In this document: piece after piece, positions 1 through 9,092 of the stretch | Layout of the letters: every line of letters begins with the position of its first letter | How positions within the stretch are numbered: position 1 is the stretch's first letter | Made by a program: the position numbers and the translations under genes | From: an uncultured Planctomycetota bacterium | GTDB taxonomy: Bacteria; Planctomycetota; DG-23; CAZBND01 | Length of the DNA: 29,283 nucleotides | Direction of reading: 5' to 3' | Assembly: GCA_964493415.1 (NCBI GenBank) | Contig: CAZBND010000025.1 | Coordinates: 14,785-44,067, forward strand | The notes under the pieces: model-generated | Database searches by the model: none | Told to the model about the DNA's origin: nothing | The model's input: the letters and a program-made list of their open reading frames with translations, nothing else

Positions 1-120
1 AAGGTGCTGAAGCCGAAGGTCGAAAAGGAGCTTAGCAGGGGACATTGCAGGCCCTTCTTCGAGTTGGATAAGGGAGGAGGCGAGGTCATCGTCCGGCCCC
101 CGCCTGTGGATGACGGTTGA
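1..120 (+). CDS. 3' end of an upstream gene (partial; C-terminal about 39 codons ending at TGA near 118-120)
   Basis: Frame 1 is open from the window edge to TGA at about 118-120 (...HCRPFFELDKGGGEVIVRPPPVDDG*). A GC hairpin plus T-run terminator follows at about 163-185. No product can be assigned from the fragment. Confidence 0.3.
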   Translation, partial: KVLKPKVEKELSRGHCRPFFELDKGGGEVIVRPPPVDDG

Positions 121-162
121 GACGTTGGATTCGGGGGAAACGGAAAGCTGAGTGAGCCCATC

Positions 163-185
163 GGCCCCAGGGCCGGGGCCTTTTT
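163..185 (+). terminator. Rho-independent terminator (GGCCCC-agggcc-GGGGCC stem-loop followed by TTTTT)
   Basis: A 6-bp all-GC stem with a 6-nt loop is immediately followed by T5. It sits about 45 nt after the stop of the partial upstream ORF and before the RBS of the next gene. Confidence 0.5.
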
Positions 186-240
186 CGTGTGCGGCTTAGA
201 GGTAGAAGGTTCGGATATCCAATAGCCTGTGAGGGAGAAA

Positions 241-1311
241 ATGACTAAGAGCAAGGAGCCGGAGGAGAAGGAGCGCGCGTCCCGAAGTATGTTCGATCCC
301 AATTACGTGCCGCCGCCTGAGCCGCCGCGAAAGCATCGCGGTATGTGGTGGAAAGTGGCGGTCGTGCTGGCGCTGCTGCTGACGGTTTCGGTCGTTATCC
401 TGAAGAAGCATCATCGTGAGCCTGCGACCGCGCTATCCGCTTCGCAGGAGACACAGGCGGGGATGGGCGCTACGCCGGATCCGACCTTCTCTCCCGAAGA
501 TGTTCTGGCCACGGTGGACGGAAAAGAGATCACCTTGCGCGAGCTGGAGGAAATCCTTCAAACGGTTCCAGCGGAGTATCGGGGGCAATTCCAGCGGCAG
601 AAGCACGAGTTCCTCGAGCAGATCATCGTGCGCGAAATGCTTCTGCAAGCGACGAATCATCTGGGCATCGCCGACACCGAAGCGTACAAGTCAGCCCTGC
701 GGGCGAACGCCGATGCTACTCCCATTCAGAGAGAAGACCTCCTCATCAGCATCCTTTTGCAGGAGCATGTGTTTCAACAAGTCGAGATCTCGGATGATGA
801 CCTGCGCGCCTTCTACGAGGAGGTGAAGGCTGACATTCCGGGGCAGCCCGCGTTCGAAAGTGTCAAGGACTTGCTCCTGCCGTCCTTAAGGCAGCAGAAA
901 GCGTACGAGGCCATGGAAGGATACATCGCCGAGCTCGGGGCAAAGGCTGTCGTCACTCGGAACGAGCAGTGGATCGCGGTCCAGAGGAAAGTCGCGGCTC
1001 AGAATCCGCTCGACAGCGTCTTGGGCAAAGGCATGCCCGTCCTGGCCGACTTCGGGCGAGGCACCTGCATCCCGTGCAAGATGATGCAGCCCATCCTCGA
1101 CAAGCTCGCAGTGGACTTATCCGGCCAGGTGCACGTCCTTATCCTCGACACCAGCGACTATCCCTCTCTGTCCAGGAAGCACGGGGTTCGGCTGATCCCG
1201 ACGCAGATATTCTTCGACGGTTCGGGCAAGGAGCAGTATCGGCACGAGGGTTTCATGTCTGAGGATGACATTCGCCGTAAGCTTCGAAGCCTCGGCATGG
1301 TTAGTGACTGA
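241..1311 (+). CDS. Membrane-anchored periplasmic thioredoxin-fold protein with a SurA-N-like chaperone domain (TlpA/ResA-like C-terminal domain, CxxC = CIPC)
   Basis: A Lys/Glu-rich N-terminal tail is followed by one TM helix (WWKVAVVLALLLTVSVVIL). Next comes a SurA_N-like segment (VATVDGKEITLRELEE...). The C-terminal thioredoxin-like domain carries GRGTCIPCKMM...LIPTQIFFDGSGKE. An RBS GAGGGAG precedes ATG 241; the track's start at 229 is a GTG within the RBS. Confidence 0.75.
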   Translation: MTKSKEPEEKERASRSMFDPNYVPPPEPPRKHRGMWWKVAVVLALLLTVSVVILKKHHREPATALSASQETQAGMGATPDPTFSPEDVLATVDGKEITLRELEEILQTVPAEYRGQFQRQKHEFLEQIIVREMLLQATNHLGIADTEAYKSALRANADATPIQREDLLISILLQEHVFQQVEISDDDLRAFYEEVKADIPGQPAFESVKDLLLPSLRQQKAYEAMEGYIAELGAKAVVTRNEQWIAVQRKVAAQNPLDSVLGKGMPVLADFGRGTCIPCKMMQPILDKLAVDLSGQVHVLILDTSDYPSLSRKHGVRLIPTQIFFDGSGKEQYRHEGFMSEDDIRRKLRSLGMVSD

Positions 1312-1332
1312 GCGCAGGAAAGGAATCGCGCC

Positions 1333-2031
1333 ATGCAGCAACTCTTCACGGCCCTGACGCGCGCCATCGAAGGTTCTCCGGGGGTAGCCCTGAGCGCGGC
1401 CTTCGCCTGGGGGATACTGAGCATCCTCCTGAGCCCGTGCCACCTTGCGAGTATCCCTCTGATCGTCGGGTTCATCGACGGCCAGGGAAGGATGTCCAAT
1501 CGTCGGGCATTCCTGATCTCGGTTCTATTCGCTACGGGCATCCTGATCACCATAGGCTTGGTCGGTGCGGTGACCGCTGCGGCCGGACGCATGATGGGTG
1601 ACGTGGGCAGGTACGGGAACTATCTCGTCGCGGTGATATTCTTCGCTGTGGGGCTCCATCTCCTGGGAGTGATTCCCATGCCGTGGTCCGGCCCTGGTCA
1701 GGTGCGCGTGAGAGGGAAGGGGACAGTGGGAGCGTTCATCTTGGGCCTGGTCTTCGGCATCGCCCTTGGTCCGTGCACCTTCGCGTACATGGCTCCCATG
1801 CTTGGGGTCACGTTCAGGTTGGCGGACACGAATGCGCTATACGGGATTGCCCTCCTTGCTATCTACGGGGTCGGGCACTGTTCCGTTATCGTATTTGCCG
1901 GCACTTCCGCCGAGGCGGTCCAGCATTACCTGAACTGGAACGAGCGTTCGAGGGGGGCGGTAGTCCTGAAGAAAATCTGCGGCGTTCTGGTACTCCTTGG
2001 CGGGGTGTATCTCGTGTACGCCGCGCCGTAG
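1333..2031 (+). CDS. ccdA: CcdA/DsbD-family cytochrome c biogenesis and thiol-disulfide transmembrane electron-transfer protein
   Basis: It is a polytopic membrane protein with the two conserved Cys of the DsbD core (LLSPCHLASIPLIVGF and LGPCTFAYMAP). The RBS AGGAAAGGA lies 9 nt upstream. Position and spacing pair it with the upstream thioredoxin-fold protein. Confidence 0.8.
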   Translation: MQQLFTALTRAIEGSPGVALSAAFAWGILSILLSPCHLASIPLIVGFIDGQGRMSNRRAFLISVLFATGILITIGLVGAVTAAAGRMMGDVGRYGNYLVAVIFFAVGLHLLGVIPMPWSGPGQVRVRGKGTVGAFILGLVFGIALGPCTFAYMAPMLGVTFRLADTNALYGIALLAIYGVGHCSVIVFAGTSAEAVQHYLNWNERSRGAVVLKKICGVLVLLGGVYLVYAAP

Positions 2032-2178
2032 GCTCTGCGGCATGATCACGTCAAAAGGTCGGTGCACACTAGAAGCACGGCTCCTTATACCGCGAAGTGT
2101 ATCATATGAGAATAAGAGGCCCCCTCAGCATAACCAACGCGTTGGCTGACGAGAACGGGCTGCGAACTCTCTGCGCAC

Positions 2179-5100
2179 TCAGCGGGGGGAAGCCGCATGC
2201 TGGCGCGTGAAGAGGAGGTACAGGCAGGGCATCAGGAAGAGCGCCACGGCGATTTCCATGATCAGCCCGCCGATCGCGCCGACCGCCATCGGCTGGAGCA
2301 TGTCGCCCCCTTCCCCGAGGTTCAGCGCCAGCGGCAGGAAACCCATCATGGTTGTCAAGGTGGTCATCAAGCGCGGGCGAAGGCGGATCTTTGCGGCGTC
2401 CACCACGGCGTCGAAGGGGGAGAGGCCCTCGCGCACGCGAAGGTCGCCGGCAAACGTCAATAACAGCACGCCGTCGTTGACGCCGGCGGCCACCACGACC
2501 AGCACGCCGATGATGACCGTCGCCCCGAGCGGGAAGCCCATCGCGTAGAGAAGACAGACCACGCCGGTAAGACAGACGGGCACGCTGCCCAGGATCAAGG
2601 CGGGCAGCTTCACGCTGTTGAACTGGACCGTCAGGATGATGAATGAGAAGAAGAGCGCGAAGGCGAAAACGGCCAGCACCGTGTCCCTCATGTCGGACAT
2701 CATCTCTGCTCTACCGCCGAAGGTGAACTCGTACCCCGCCGGAACCTCCATCCCGGCGAGCACGCCCCGAAGACCGGCGACCGCTCCGGCAAGGTCTCCG
2801 TCGGTCATGTCCGCCTCGACGGTGACCTGTTTGACCTGGTCTTGGCGAATGATTTCCACCGGTCCCACGGCCGGCCGAACGCTTGCGATGTCGCGCACGC
2901 GAAGGGTCTCGCCCTGGGCGCAGGTCAAGGAAAGGTTCTCGACGTCTTGGCGGCTCGTTATCTTCGCCTCGGGCACAATGAGCCGGACGTCGTAATACTC
3001 CGACCCGTCGCGGTAGCGCGTGGGCACGGTTCCGGTGATAAGCGTGCGCAATGCGCTCGCCACGTCGGCTACGGAGACTCCCAGCTCGGCGGCCTTCGCC
3101 CGATCAACATGAACGTGGTACTCGGGCCGCGAAAGGTCCATCGAGATGTTGACGTTGGCGAAGCCGCCGGCCTCCTGCATTGCGTGCGCCGCGCGGCCCG
3201 CGAGATCGGAAAGCGTCTCTGTGTCTTGGCCGCGGATTTCCACCACGATGTCCGACGCGCCCATACCGTGGATGCCCTTGACGGGCATCTGCCTGGCCAT
3301 GGCCTTGATGCCTGGCAAGGGCACTTTGCCCACGATCTGACGCAGGCGCGCCACGTATTCGGCGGTGCTTACGTTGCGCTCGGCCTTGGGGACGAGCTGG
3401 AGGTCAAGTTCGCCCTCGTTGGCGACCTCGTAGGTGTAAAGCCCCTTGACTTGCCCGCCGGCCAAGGAAAAGACGCTCGCGATGAGCGGGTCGTCGGCGA
3501 GCTCTTGCTCGAGCTTTCGCAATGCCTGGTCGGTCTCGTGCACCGAACCGCCGGCGGGCAGTTTGACCTTCACCATGACCCGCCCGTCGTCCATCAGTGG
3601 CAGAAACTCGCCGCCCAGTCGGCCAAGCAGCATGAATCCTGCGCCAAGCGCCGCCATGAAAAGCAGCATGACGACCCACCGGGCGCGGAGGACCCTGCTC
3701 AGCGTCCACCCGTACGCGTCGGTCGCGCGCGCGAAGAGACGCTCGAAAGGCGTGGCTGTCCGAGTCTGCCGGCGACGTCGGAACAACGTGGCGGCGAGCA
3801 TCGGCGTTACGGTCACGGCGACGGTGAGGCTGATAACCACGATACCTGCGACGACCAGGATCAACTCGCGGAACAGGAGGCTCGTCAGGCCGGGCACGAT
3901 CAGGAACGGCACGAAGAGCGCCAGGAAGGACAGCGTCGCGGCGATGACGGCGGGGCCGACCTCGTCGGTCGCCGCCACAGCCTGGTCGGCCACGTCGTGG
4001 TCGGGATGCTCGTGGCGGAAGCGGGTGATGTTCTCCAGGACGACGATGGAGTTATCCAAAACCACGCCGATGGCAACTACCAGCCCGCCCAGGGAAAAGA
4101 TGTTGAGCGAGAAGCCGGCCACCTTCATAAGGCCGAAGTTGAGCACCATGGTCAGCGGCAGCGCCACGGCCATCACCAGCACCTGCCGAACGCTGCCAAG
4201 GAACAGGTAGACGACGACCACCAGCAGGGCCGCCGCCCCGAGGGCCGCGTTGCGCACCCCCGCCAGGGACTGGCGCACGTACTCCGCCTGGTTCTCCATG
4301 TAGTCCAGACGTAGCCCTTCGGGGAAGAACGCTTTCAGCTCGCCGAGCTTGGCGGCTACCGCGTCAGCCACCTCCACAGTGTTGGCCTCGGCCTCCTTCA
4401 GAACCGATATCTTGACGCAGTCTTCGCCGTTGAACCGGGTGATCACGCGGGCATCCTCATGTGAGTCGGTCACTTCCGCAATGTCGCGCAGGTAGACTTT
4501 GCTCTGCCCCTGGCGGGCTATCAGGACGGAACGGATGTCCTCCAGGGAAGTGAATTCGCCCGTCGTGCGGGCGATCACTTCCGTGCGCCCGACAGTGACG
4601 CGTCCGCCGGTCTGCTCGACGTTCTCCTGGCTCAGCCGGCTCAATACCATATCCATAGACAGGTTGTGTTTATCCAGGGCCGGTGGGTCGAGGAGGATGC
4701 GTATCTCCCGTTCCAGCCCGCCCACAATCTCCGTGCCGGCCACGCCTTTGACGGCCAAGATGCGGTCCTGGAGCCAGTTCTGCGCCCACTCACGCAGTTG
4801 GACCGGCCCAAGTCGTTCCGAACTGATCGCCACTTGCATGACCGGTAGCTGTGAGGGGTCGGCTTTGAACACGAAGGGAGGATCGATATCCTCGGGCAGG
4901 TCCTGCTCGGCGCGGGCGAGCGCCGCGAGCACGTCCTGGAACGCCGCGTCGACATCCGTTCCGTACTCGAAATGCACGTCCAGCGCGTAGATACCCTCGC
5001 GAGCCGAAGACTCCAGGTAGTCGAGGTTGTCCACTGTGGCCATCAGGCGCTCGACAGGATCGGCGACGTCCTTGTCGATCTCGTCGGGCGTGGCCCCCAG

Positions 5101-5253
5101 CCATTTGATCTGCACCTTGACGAGGGGATAGGTGATGTCCGGCAGGAAGTCCACCGGCAGACGCCACAGGCCGTACAGGCCCAACACGACCAGTGCAAGC
5201 ACGATGGCGCTTGTGGCCAACCGCCGTCCGACGGAATACCGCGTTATCCTCAT
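2179..5253 (-). CDS. RND efflux transporter permease subunit (AcrB/CzcA superfamily, 1024 aa)
   Basis: It has 12-TM architecture with two large periplasmic loops. The TM4 motif AIGVVLDNSIVVLENI resembles the HAE-type AIGxxVDDAIVxxEN. Its start overlaps the MFP stop by 4 nt. Substrate class cannot be determined from sequence. Confidence 0.92.
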   Translation of the reverse strand: MRITRYSVGRRLATSAIVLALVVLGLYGLWRLPVDFLPDITYPLVKVQIKWLGATPDEIDKDVADPVERLMATVDNLDYLESSAREGIYALDVHFEYGTDVDAAFQDVLAALARAEQDLPEDIDPPFVFKADPSQLPVMQVAISSERLGPVQLREWAQNWLQDRILAVKGVAGTEIVGGLEREIRILLDPPALDKHNLSMDMVLSRLSQENVEQTGGRVTVGRTEVIARTTGEFTSLEDIRSVLIARQGQSKVYLRDIAEVTDSHEDARVITRFNGEDCVKISVLKEAEANTVEVADAVAAKLGELKAFFPEGLRLDYMENQAEYVRQSLAGVRNAALGAAALLVVVVYLFLGSVRQVLVMAVALPLTMVLNFGLMKVAGFSLNIFSLGGLVVAIGVVLDNSIVVLENITRFRHEHPDHDVADQAVAATDEVGPAVIAATLSFLALFVPFLIVPGLTSLLFRELILVVAGIVVISLTVAVTVTPMLAATLFRRRRQTRTATPFERLFARATDAYGWTLSRVLRARWVVMLLFMAALGAGFMLLGRLGGEFLPLMDDGRVMVKVKLPAGGSVHETDQALRKLEQELADDPLIASVFSLAGGQVKGLYTYEVANEGELDLQLVPKAERNVSTAEYVARLRQIVGKVPLPGIKAMARQMPVKGIHGMGASDIVVEIRGQDTETLSDLAGRAAHAMQEAGGFANVNISMDLSRPEYHVHVDRAKAAELGVSVADVASALRTLITGTVPTRYRDGSEYYDVRLIVPEAKITSRQDVENLSLTCAQGETLRVRDIASVRPAVGPVEIIRQDQVKQVTVEADMTDGDLAGAVAGLRGVLAGMEVPAGYEFTFGGRAEMMSDMRDTVLAVFAFALFFSFIILTVQFNSVKLPALILGSVPVCLTGVVCLLYAMGFPLGATVIIGVLVVVAAGVNDGVLLLTFAGDLRVREGLSPFDAVVDAAKIRLRPRLMTTLTTMMGFLPLALNLGEGGDMLQPMAVGAIGGLIMEIAVALFLMPCLYLLFTRQHAASPR

Positions 5254-6629
5254 CGCTCGTCCTCCGCAGCCATGGGCCGGGCTGCGGCGGTGCCTTGGCG
5301 ACCTGGTTTCTCCGCGCCCTCGCCGGCGCCTGCGATTCTGACGGGCGCGCCGTCTGTCAAGCCCTCATTCCCCCTCACCACAACGTGTTCGCCGGGCGCT
5401 ATGCCTTGGCTCACCTGAACGCTCCGCTTTCCTTCGATGCCAAGCGTAACTTTGCGCCGCACCGCCTTCCCCGCCTCGACCACGAACGCAATCGTTTCCC
5501 CTTGCGCAGTCTCGATCACGGCTTCGGTGGGGATGAGCACGGCCTGGCGCGCCAATCCCAACTCCAGCGTCAGCCGCGCGAACTGGTGCGGCATGAGGTC
5601 AACGGGCGGAGTGAACTTCGCCTCCGCCGTGCGTGTTCGCATGACTGGATCGAGCTGGGGATAGACGCGCACGACCTGGGCTGGGAACGTCCGGCCCGGG
5701 AGGGCGTCCAACGTCGCCTCCAGCCGAAGCCCCGTTCGCACCGCTGCGGCGTAGACCTCGGGGACGGAGAACCGCACGACAAGCGATGCGGGCGCGTACA
5801 TCTCGATCAGGGGGCTTCGCGGCACGGCCAGGTCGCCGGGGCGCACGTGCACATGTGCAATTCTGCCATCGAATGGGGCCGCAATGACGCATTCGGCCAA
5901 ATGCGCATCGGCCAGGGCAAGCTTGGCCGATGCTTCCTTCACGGCGGCCTCCTGGACGGCAAGCTCCGTGGTGGTGGGCCCGGCCCTGAGCATGCGCAGC
6001 GCCTCCTCTGCGGCGGCCAGCTCCGCTTCGGTCACCTTCATCCGTTCGCGCGCTTGGTCGAAGCTCTGCTGCGAGGTGAACTCTTGTTTGATGAGTTCCG
6101 CCTGGCGCTGGTAGCTCTTGCGGGACTCTTCGACCGTCGCCCGCCACTTCGCCAAGTTCGCCTCAGCCTTCTCTATCTCCTCCGGGCGGGCACCGGCTTT
6201 CAGGTCGGCGAGTTTCGCTTCGGCCAGCATCAGCGCGGCCCGAGAGGCCTCAACCTCCGCCCGGTGCACCTCACGGTCGATCTCGACGAGCTTCTCCCCC
6301 GCCCGTACCTCGTCGCCTTCGCGCCACGGGCAATAGGTGATAGGGCCTTCCTTTGTGGCGGCGATGACCACGGCATTGGTCGCAACCACTTCGCCGGTCA
6401 GTTCCAAGGTCTGCGTCATGTCGCCGACGCGTGCCGCTTCCACCTCCACCAGCGGGGCCTTGGCCGCTTGGCCCGGGTTCTCCGCCTTCGCTTGGGGCGT
6501 TCTGCCGACGGCCAGCCAGGCTGCCGCCGCGCCTGCCAGGGCAATCACCGGCAGAAGCAACACAAGTTTTTTTCGCTTGCTCACGGTTTCCCACTCTCCT
6601 TCATGATCAGTATTGCGAGCGCTCGGCAA
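5250..6629 (-). CDS. RND efflux periplasmic adaptor subunit (membrane fusion protein, HlyD family)
   Basis: It has an N-terminal TM/signal segment, a long alpha-helical coiled-coil hairpin and beta-barrel/lipoyl-like segments (RVYPQLDPVMRT...). It is translationally coupled to the RND permease. Confidence 0.88.
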   Translation of the reverse strand: MPSARNTDHEGEWETVSKRKKLVLLLPVIALAGAAAAWLAVGRTPQAKAENPGQAAKAPLVEVEAARVGDMTQTLELTGEVVATNAVVIAATKEGPITYCPWREGDEVRAGEKLVEIDREVHRAEVEASRAALMLAEAKLADLKAGARPEEIEKAEANLAKWRATVEESRKSYQRQAELIKQEFTSQQSFDQARERMKVTEAELAAAEEALRMLRAGPTTTELAVQEAAVKEASAKLALADAHLAECVIAAPFDGRIAHVHVRPGDLAVPRSPLIEMYAPASLVVRFSVPEVYAAAVRTGLRLEATLDALPGRTFPAQVVRVYPQLDPVMRTRTAEAKFTPPVDLMPHQFARLTLELGLARQAVLIPTEAVIETAQGETIAFVVEAGKAVRRKVTLGIEGKRSVQVSQGIAPGEHVVVRGNEGLTDGAPVRIAGAGEGAEKPGRQGTAAARPMAAEDER

Positions 6630-8109
6630 GCGACAGCCCTACGGCCCGCTCGAACTGCGCTTTCGCCGTATACCAGTCCAGGCGAGACTGCACCAGCCGA
6701 CGCTCCGCCTCGGTCTGCGCGGTCTGGGCGTCGATGAGCCCGATGATCGAAACGACGCCGCTCTTGTATTCGCCCTCGGCCAGGCGGGCGCTTTCGCTCG
6801 CGCCGGCGGTGAGCTTGGCCGCCGCCTCCACGGCCTCGGCCGATTCGATGAGCCGCCAGTAGGAGGTCCACACTTCGAGTTCGACTCCCTCGAGGAGGTC
6901 GGCGTGGTCGGCCATCTCGCGGGCGAGGTCTGCTCGAGCGCGCTCGAGGCGATAACCTCGCTCGAACCCGTCAAACAGCGGATAGCTCAGTGACAGCCCC
7001 ACAGACCACTCGTCGCGGTCGGGAACGAAGTTCGTGTCCTTGGGACCGGCGCTCAAACCGGCGCTCAGGGTCGGCCAGTAGGCCGCCCGCGCGGCGGCGA
7101 CCTCGGCTCGGTTCGCCTCGATGCGGGCCAGGGCGGCCCGCAACTCCGGGCGCTGCCGCGCCGCTTCGTCGAGCAATTCCTCTATGCGCGGCAGCTCCTC
7201 CTTTTCCGTGTCGGCGGGCAATTCGGCGATCTCGAATCCGGTGTGTACGGGCAGTCCCATCCCGCGAGCGAGACGGCCGCGCGCGGTCTGGACGCCGTTG
7301 CGGGCCTGCACCAGGAGCAGCTCCGCCTCAGCGCGTTGGGTTTCCGCCCTCAGAACGTCCGCACGGGTCACCACGCCCGTTGTGTGCCGCGCCCTCGCTA
7401 GGTCGACATGGTATTGGGTTCGCTTCACTGTCTCCTCAGCGACTGTGAGGGACCACTGGGCGGCGAGGAGCTCGTGGTAGGACTCCTCGACCGAGAGTGC
7501 GACATCCTGCAGGGTTGCGTTGTGGCGAAAGTCCGCTTCCATGAGAGCGGCCTCGGCGCCCGCCACCCGCGCCCGGCGCGCGCCGCCATCGAAGAGCAAA
7601 TAGCTCACGTCAATGCCGGCGGCGTAGGAGTTGCGCGGATCATTCTCCTTGTCGCTGTCCAGCGAGACCGACTTCCCTCGTGCGGTTTCGGCTCGAAGGC
7701 CCGCCGAAGGGAGATAGGCGGCGCGCTCTTCGCCCACACGCGCGCCCGCCGAACGCGCTGTTTGCCAGGAACTACGCGTCCGCGGGTTGCGCTCCAGCGC
7801 CGTCCGGATGCAATCGGCCAGGGTGAGCCTGCCGTCCTCTCTCGTTGCGCTCAATACAGGTTGAGACAGCCTCTCCGGCCCCACGGCCGGAGCGCTCTCC
7901 ACCGTCGGTGACGCATCGTCGGATGAGTAGTAAGCTGACGGCGTGACAGGAATGCGGGCTTTGGCGTTCCATGGGTCAACGCCCGCGCAACCGGAGATTG
8001 CGATGACGGCGAGGCCGGCGATGCCGACGGAATAAATTTTCGACACAATTCTTCCCACTCGATTTTCCTCAAGGGAAGGGCCGCCAATCCCCGCGATTGG
8101 CGGCCACAC
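6607..8109 (-). CDS. Efflux outer-membrane factor lipoprotein (TolC/NodT family)
   Basis: It has the two-repeat TolC-like helical architecture. A lipoprotein signal with lipobox AISGC is present. The true start is probably GTG near 8058, giving MGRIVSKIYSVGIAGLAVIAISGC with RBS GAGGA 7 nt upstream, rather than the upstream ATG at 8109. It overlaps the MFP gene by 23 nt. Confidence 0.88.
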   Translation of the reverse strand: MWPPIAGIGGPSLEENRVGRIVSKIYSVGIAGLAVIAISGCAGVDPWNAKARIPVTPSAYYSSDDASPTVESAPAVGPERLSQPVLSATREDGRLTLADCIRTALERNPRTRSSWQTARSAGARVGEERAAYLPSAGLRAETARGKSVSLDSDKENDPRNSYAAGIDVSYLLFDGGARRARVAGAEAALMEADFRHNATLQDVALSVEESYHELLAAQWSLTVAEETVKRTQYHVDLARARHTTGVVTRADVLRAETQRAEAELLLVQARNGVQTARGRLARGMGLPVHTGFEIAELPADTEKEELPRIEELLDEAARQRPELRAALARIEANRAEVAAARAAYWPTLSAGLSAGPKDTNFVPDRDEWSVGLSLSYPLFDGFERGYRLERARADLAREMADHADLLEGVELEVWTSYWRLIESAEAVEAAAKLTAGASESARLAEGEYKSGVVSIIGLIDAQTAQTEAERRLVQSRLDWYTAKAQFERAVGLSLAERSQY

Positions 8110-8144
8110 TCGACTTACGGACAGACCGCGCAGTCCCTAGGCGG

Positions 8145-8444
8145 TCAATGGCACGGCCCGGCAAAGCTGTGACTGCAACCGTGTTGCATTCCGTGGCGGC
8201 CATGGCCGCCGTCATGGCTTCCACACTGTCTGCGCACGTCACAGACACCGTCGCCGTCCGCATCCTCGAACCCCGGGCAGTCCGCGGTATGAGCGACGCC
8301 CTGTTGGGCGACATCATCTATACTGACTGCCTGTTCATCCGGGGCCGGCAGGTTCGCAGCCCGGCTTTGGGCAATCGCATACGCCCCGAGGGCTGCCAGC
8401 GCCACGACTCCGATCACTACCAGCAAGAGCATCGATTTCCTCAC
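8145..8444 (-). CDS. Small secreted His/Cys/Asp-rich protein (putative periplasmic metal-binding protein or metallochaperone)
   Basis: GTG start with a perfect RBS AAGGAGG 5 nt upstream. It has a Sec-type signal peptide (MRKSMLLLVVIGVVALAALGAYAIAQS). The mature part of about 73 aa contains 5 Cys and about 8 His, with motifs DCPGFEDADGDGVCD and HDGGHGRHGMQHGCSH. It sits between the LTXXQ protein and the efflux OMF gene. Confidence 0.6.
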   Translation of the reverse strand: MRKSMLLLVVIGVVALAALGAYAIAQSRAANLPAPDEQAVSIDDVAQQGVAHTADCPGFEDADGDGVCDVRRQCGSHDGGHGRHGMQHGCSHSFAGPCH

Positions 8445-8544
8445 TGTCGCCTCCTTATGTTTTGTTCACGCCGATCTTGGTAACGTCTGGTAACACGTAG
8501 GCGGGCGGACTCTTGCGCTTTCACCTCCTTACATAGGGGTTCTT

Positions 8545-9090
8545 TTAACCGCGCGTCGGAAGAGGGTGGCGGGCTGCTTCGCCGTCTCCCGCCTCGCGGG
8601 CGGCTTGCGCAGCCCCTCGGCCCGTCATGGGCCCGTGTCCGGCGCATCCGGACTGCTGTCGCATCATCCGGAAAAGTTGTTCCTGCTGCTCGTGTGTCAG
8701 AAAGTTCTTTTCGCTCAGGAGGTGGTCGATGACGAGTTGCTGCATTTGGCGCTGGCGGGCCACGATCTCCTCCTGCTTGGCACGGATTGCGTCGCGGTCG
8801 GGCTCCGGCGCGGCGATCAAATCTATCATCTCCGCGCGGGCGCAGTTGATTTCGGCTGAGACGGCCTGAGCGGATTTCTGGAACTCGGCGAGCCGAGGCT
8901 CGATCTCGCGCCACTGCGCCTCGGTCGCGCCGAGCCGGCGATGGAGCGGACACCAGATGCCTTCCTCGTGCCTTGGCCCGTGACGGCCTGGTAGATGCGT
9001 GGGCAGTGCGCGCGCGGCCCAGACGGCCACGAAGGCGAGGTTGAGCGCAACGGACAGGAAGACCAGCAGCGGCATTATCTTCTTCCGCAT
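8545..9090 (-). CDS. LTXXQ-motif periplasmic protein (Spy/CpxP/ZraP family; 'periplasmic heavy metal sensor'-like)
   Basis: It has a signal peptide (MRKKIMPLLVFLSVALNLAFVAVWAARA), helical repeats with LTHEQQEQLFRMM (LTxxQ) and a His-rich N-terminal region. Its start lies 2 nt after the anti-sigma stop. Confidence 0.72.
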   Translation of the reverse strand: MRKKIMPLLVFLSVALNLAFVAVWAARALPTHLPGRHGPRHEEGIWCPLHRRLGATEAQWREIEPRLAEFQKSAQAVSAEINCARAEMIDLIAAPEPDRDAIRAKQEEIVARQRQMQQLVIDHLLSEKNFLTHEQQEQLFRMMRQQSGCAGHGPMTGRGAAQAAREAGDGEAARHPLPTRG

Positions 9091-9092
9091 GG

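Noticed and set aside
2842-4314. 490-aa ORF (+) and several other long ORFs (3446-4210, 4499-4990, 5193-6737 etc.) lying across the RND and MFP genes
   Set aside because: They are antisense or out-of-frame to strongly supported efflux genes. Their composition is Arg/Ala/Gly/His-rich and low-complexity, typical of open frames in high-GC DNA. They have no recognisable domains.
2179-5253. Possibility that the RND pump is a CzcA-type heavy-metal (HME) exporter, given the metal-sensor-like neighbours
   Set aside because: The TM4 motif AIGVVLDNSIVVLEN matches the HAE-type AIGxxVDDAIVxxEN pattern better than the HME charged-residue signature. It is left as a generic RND and is not called czcA.
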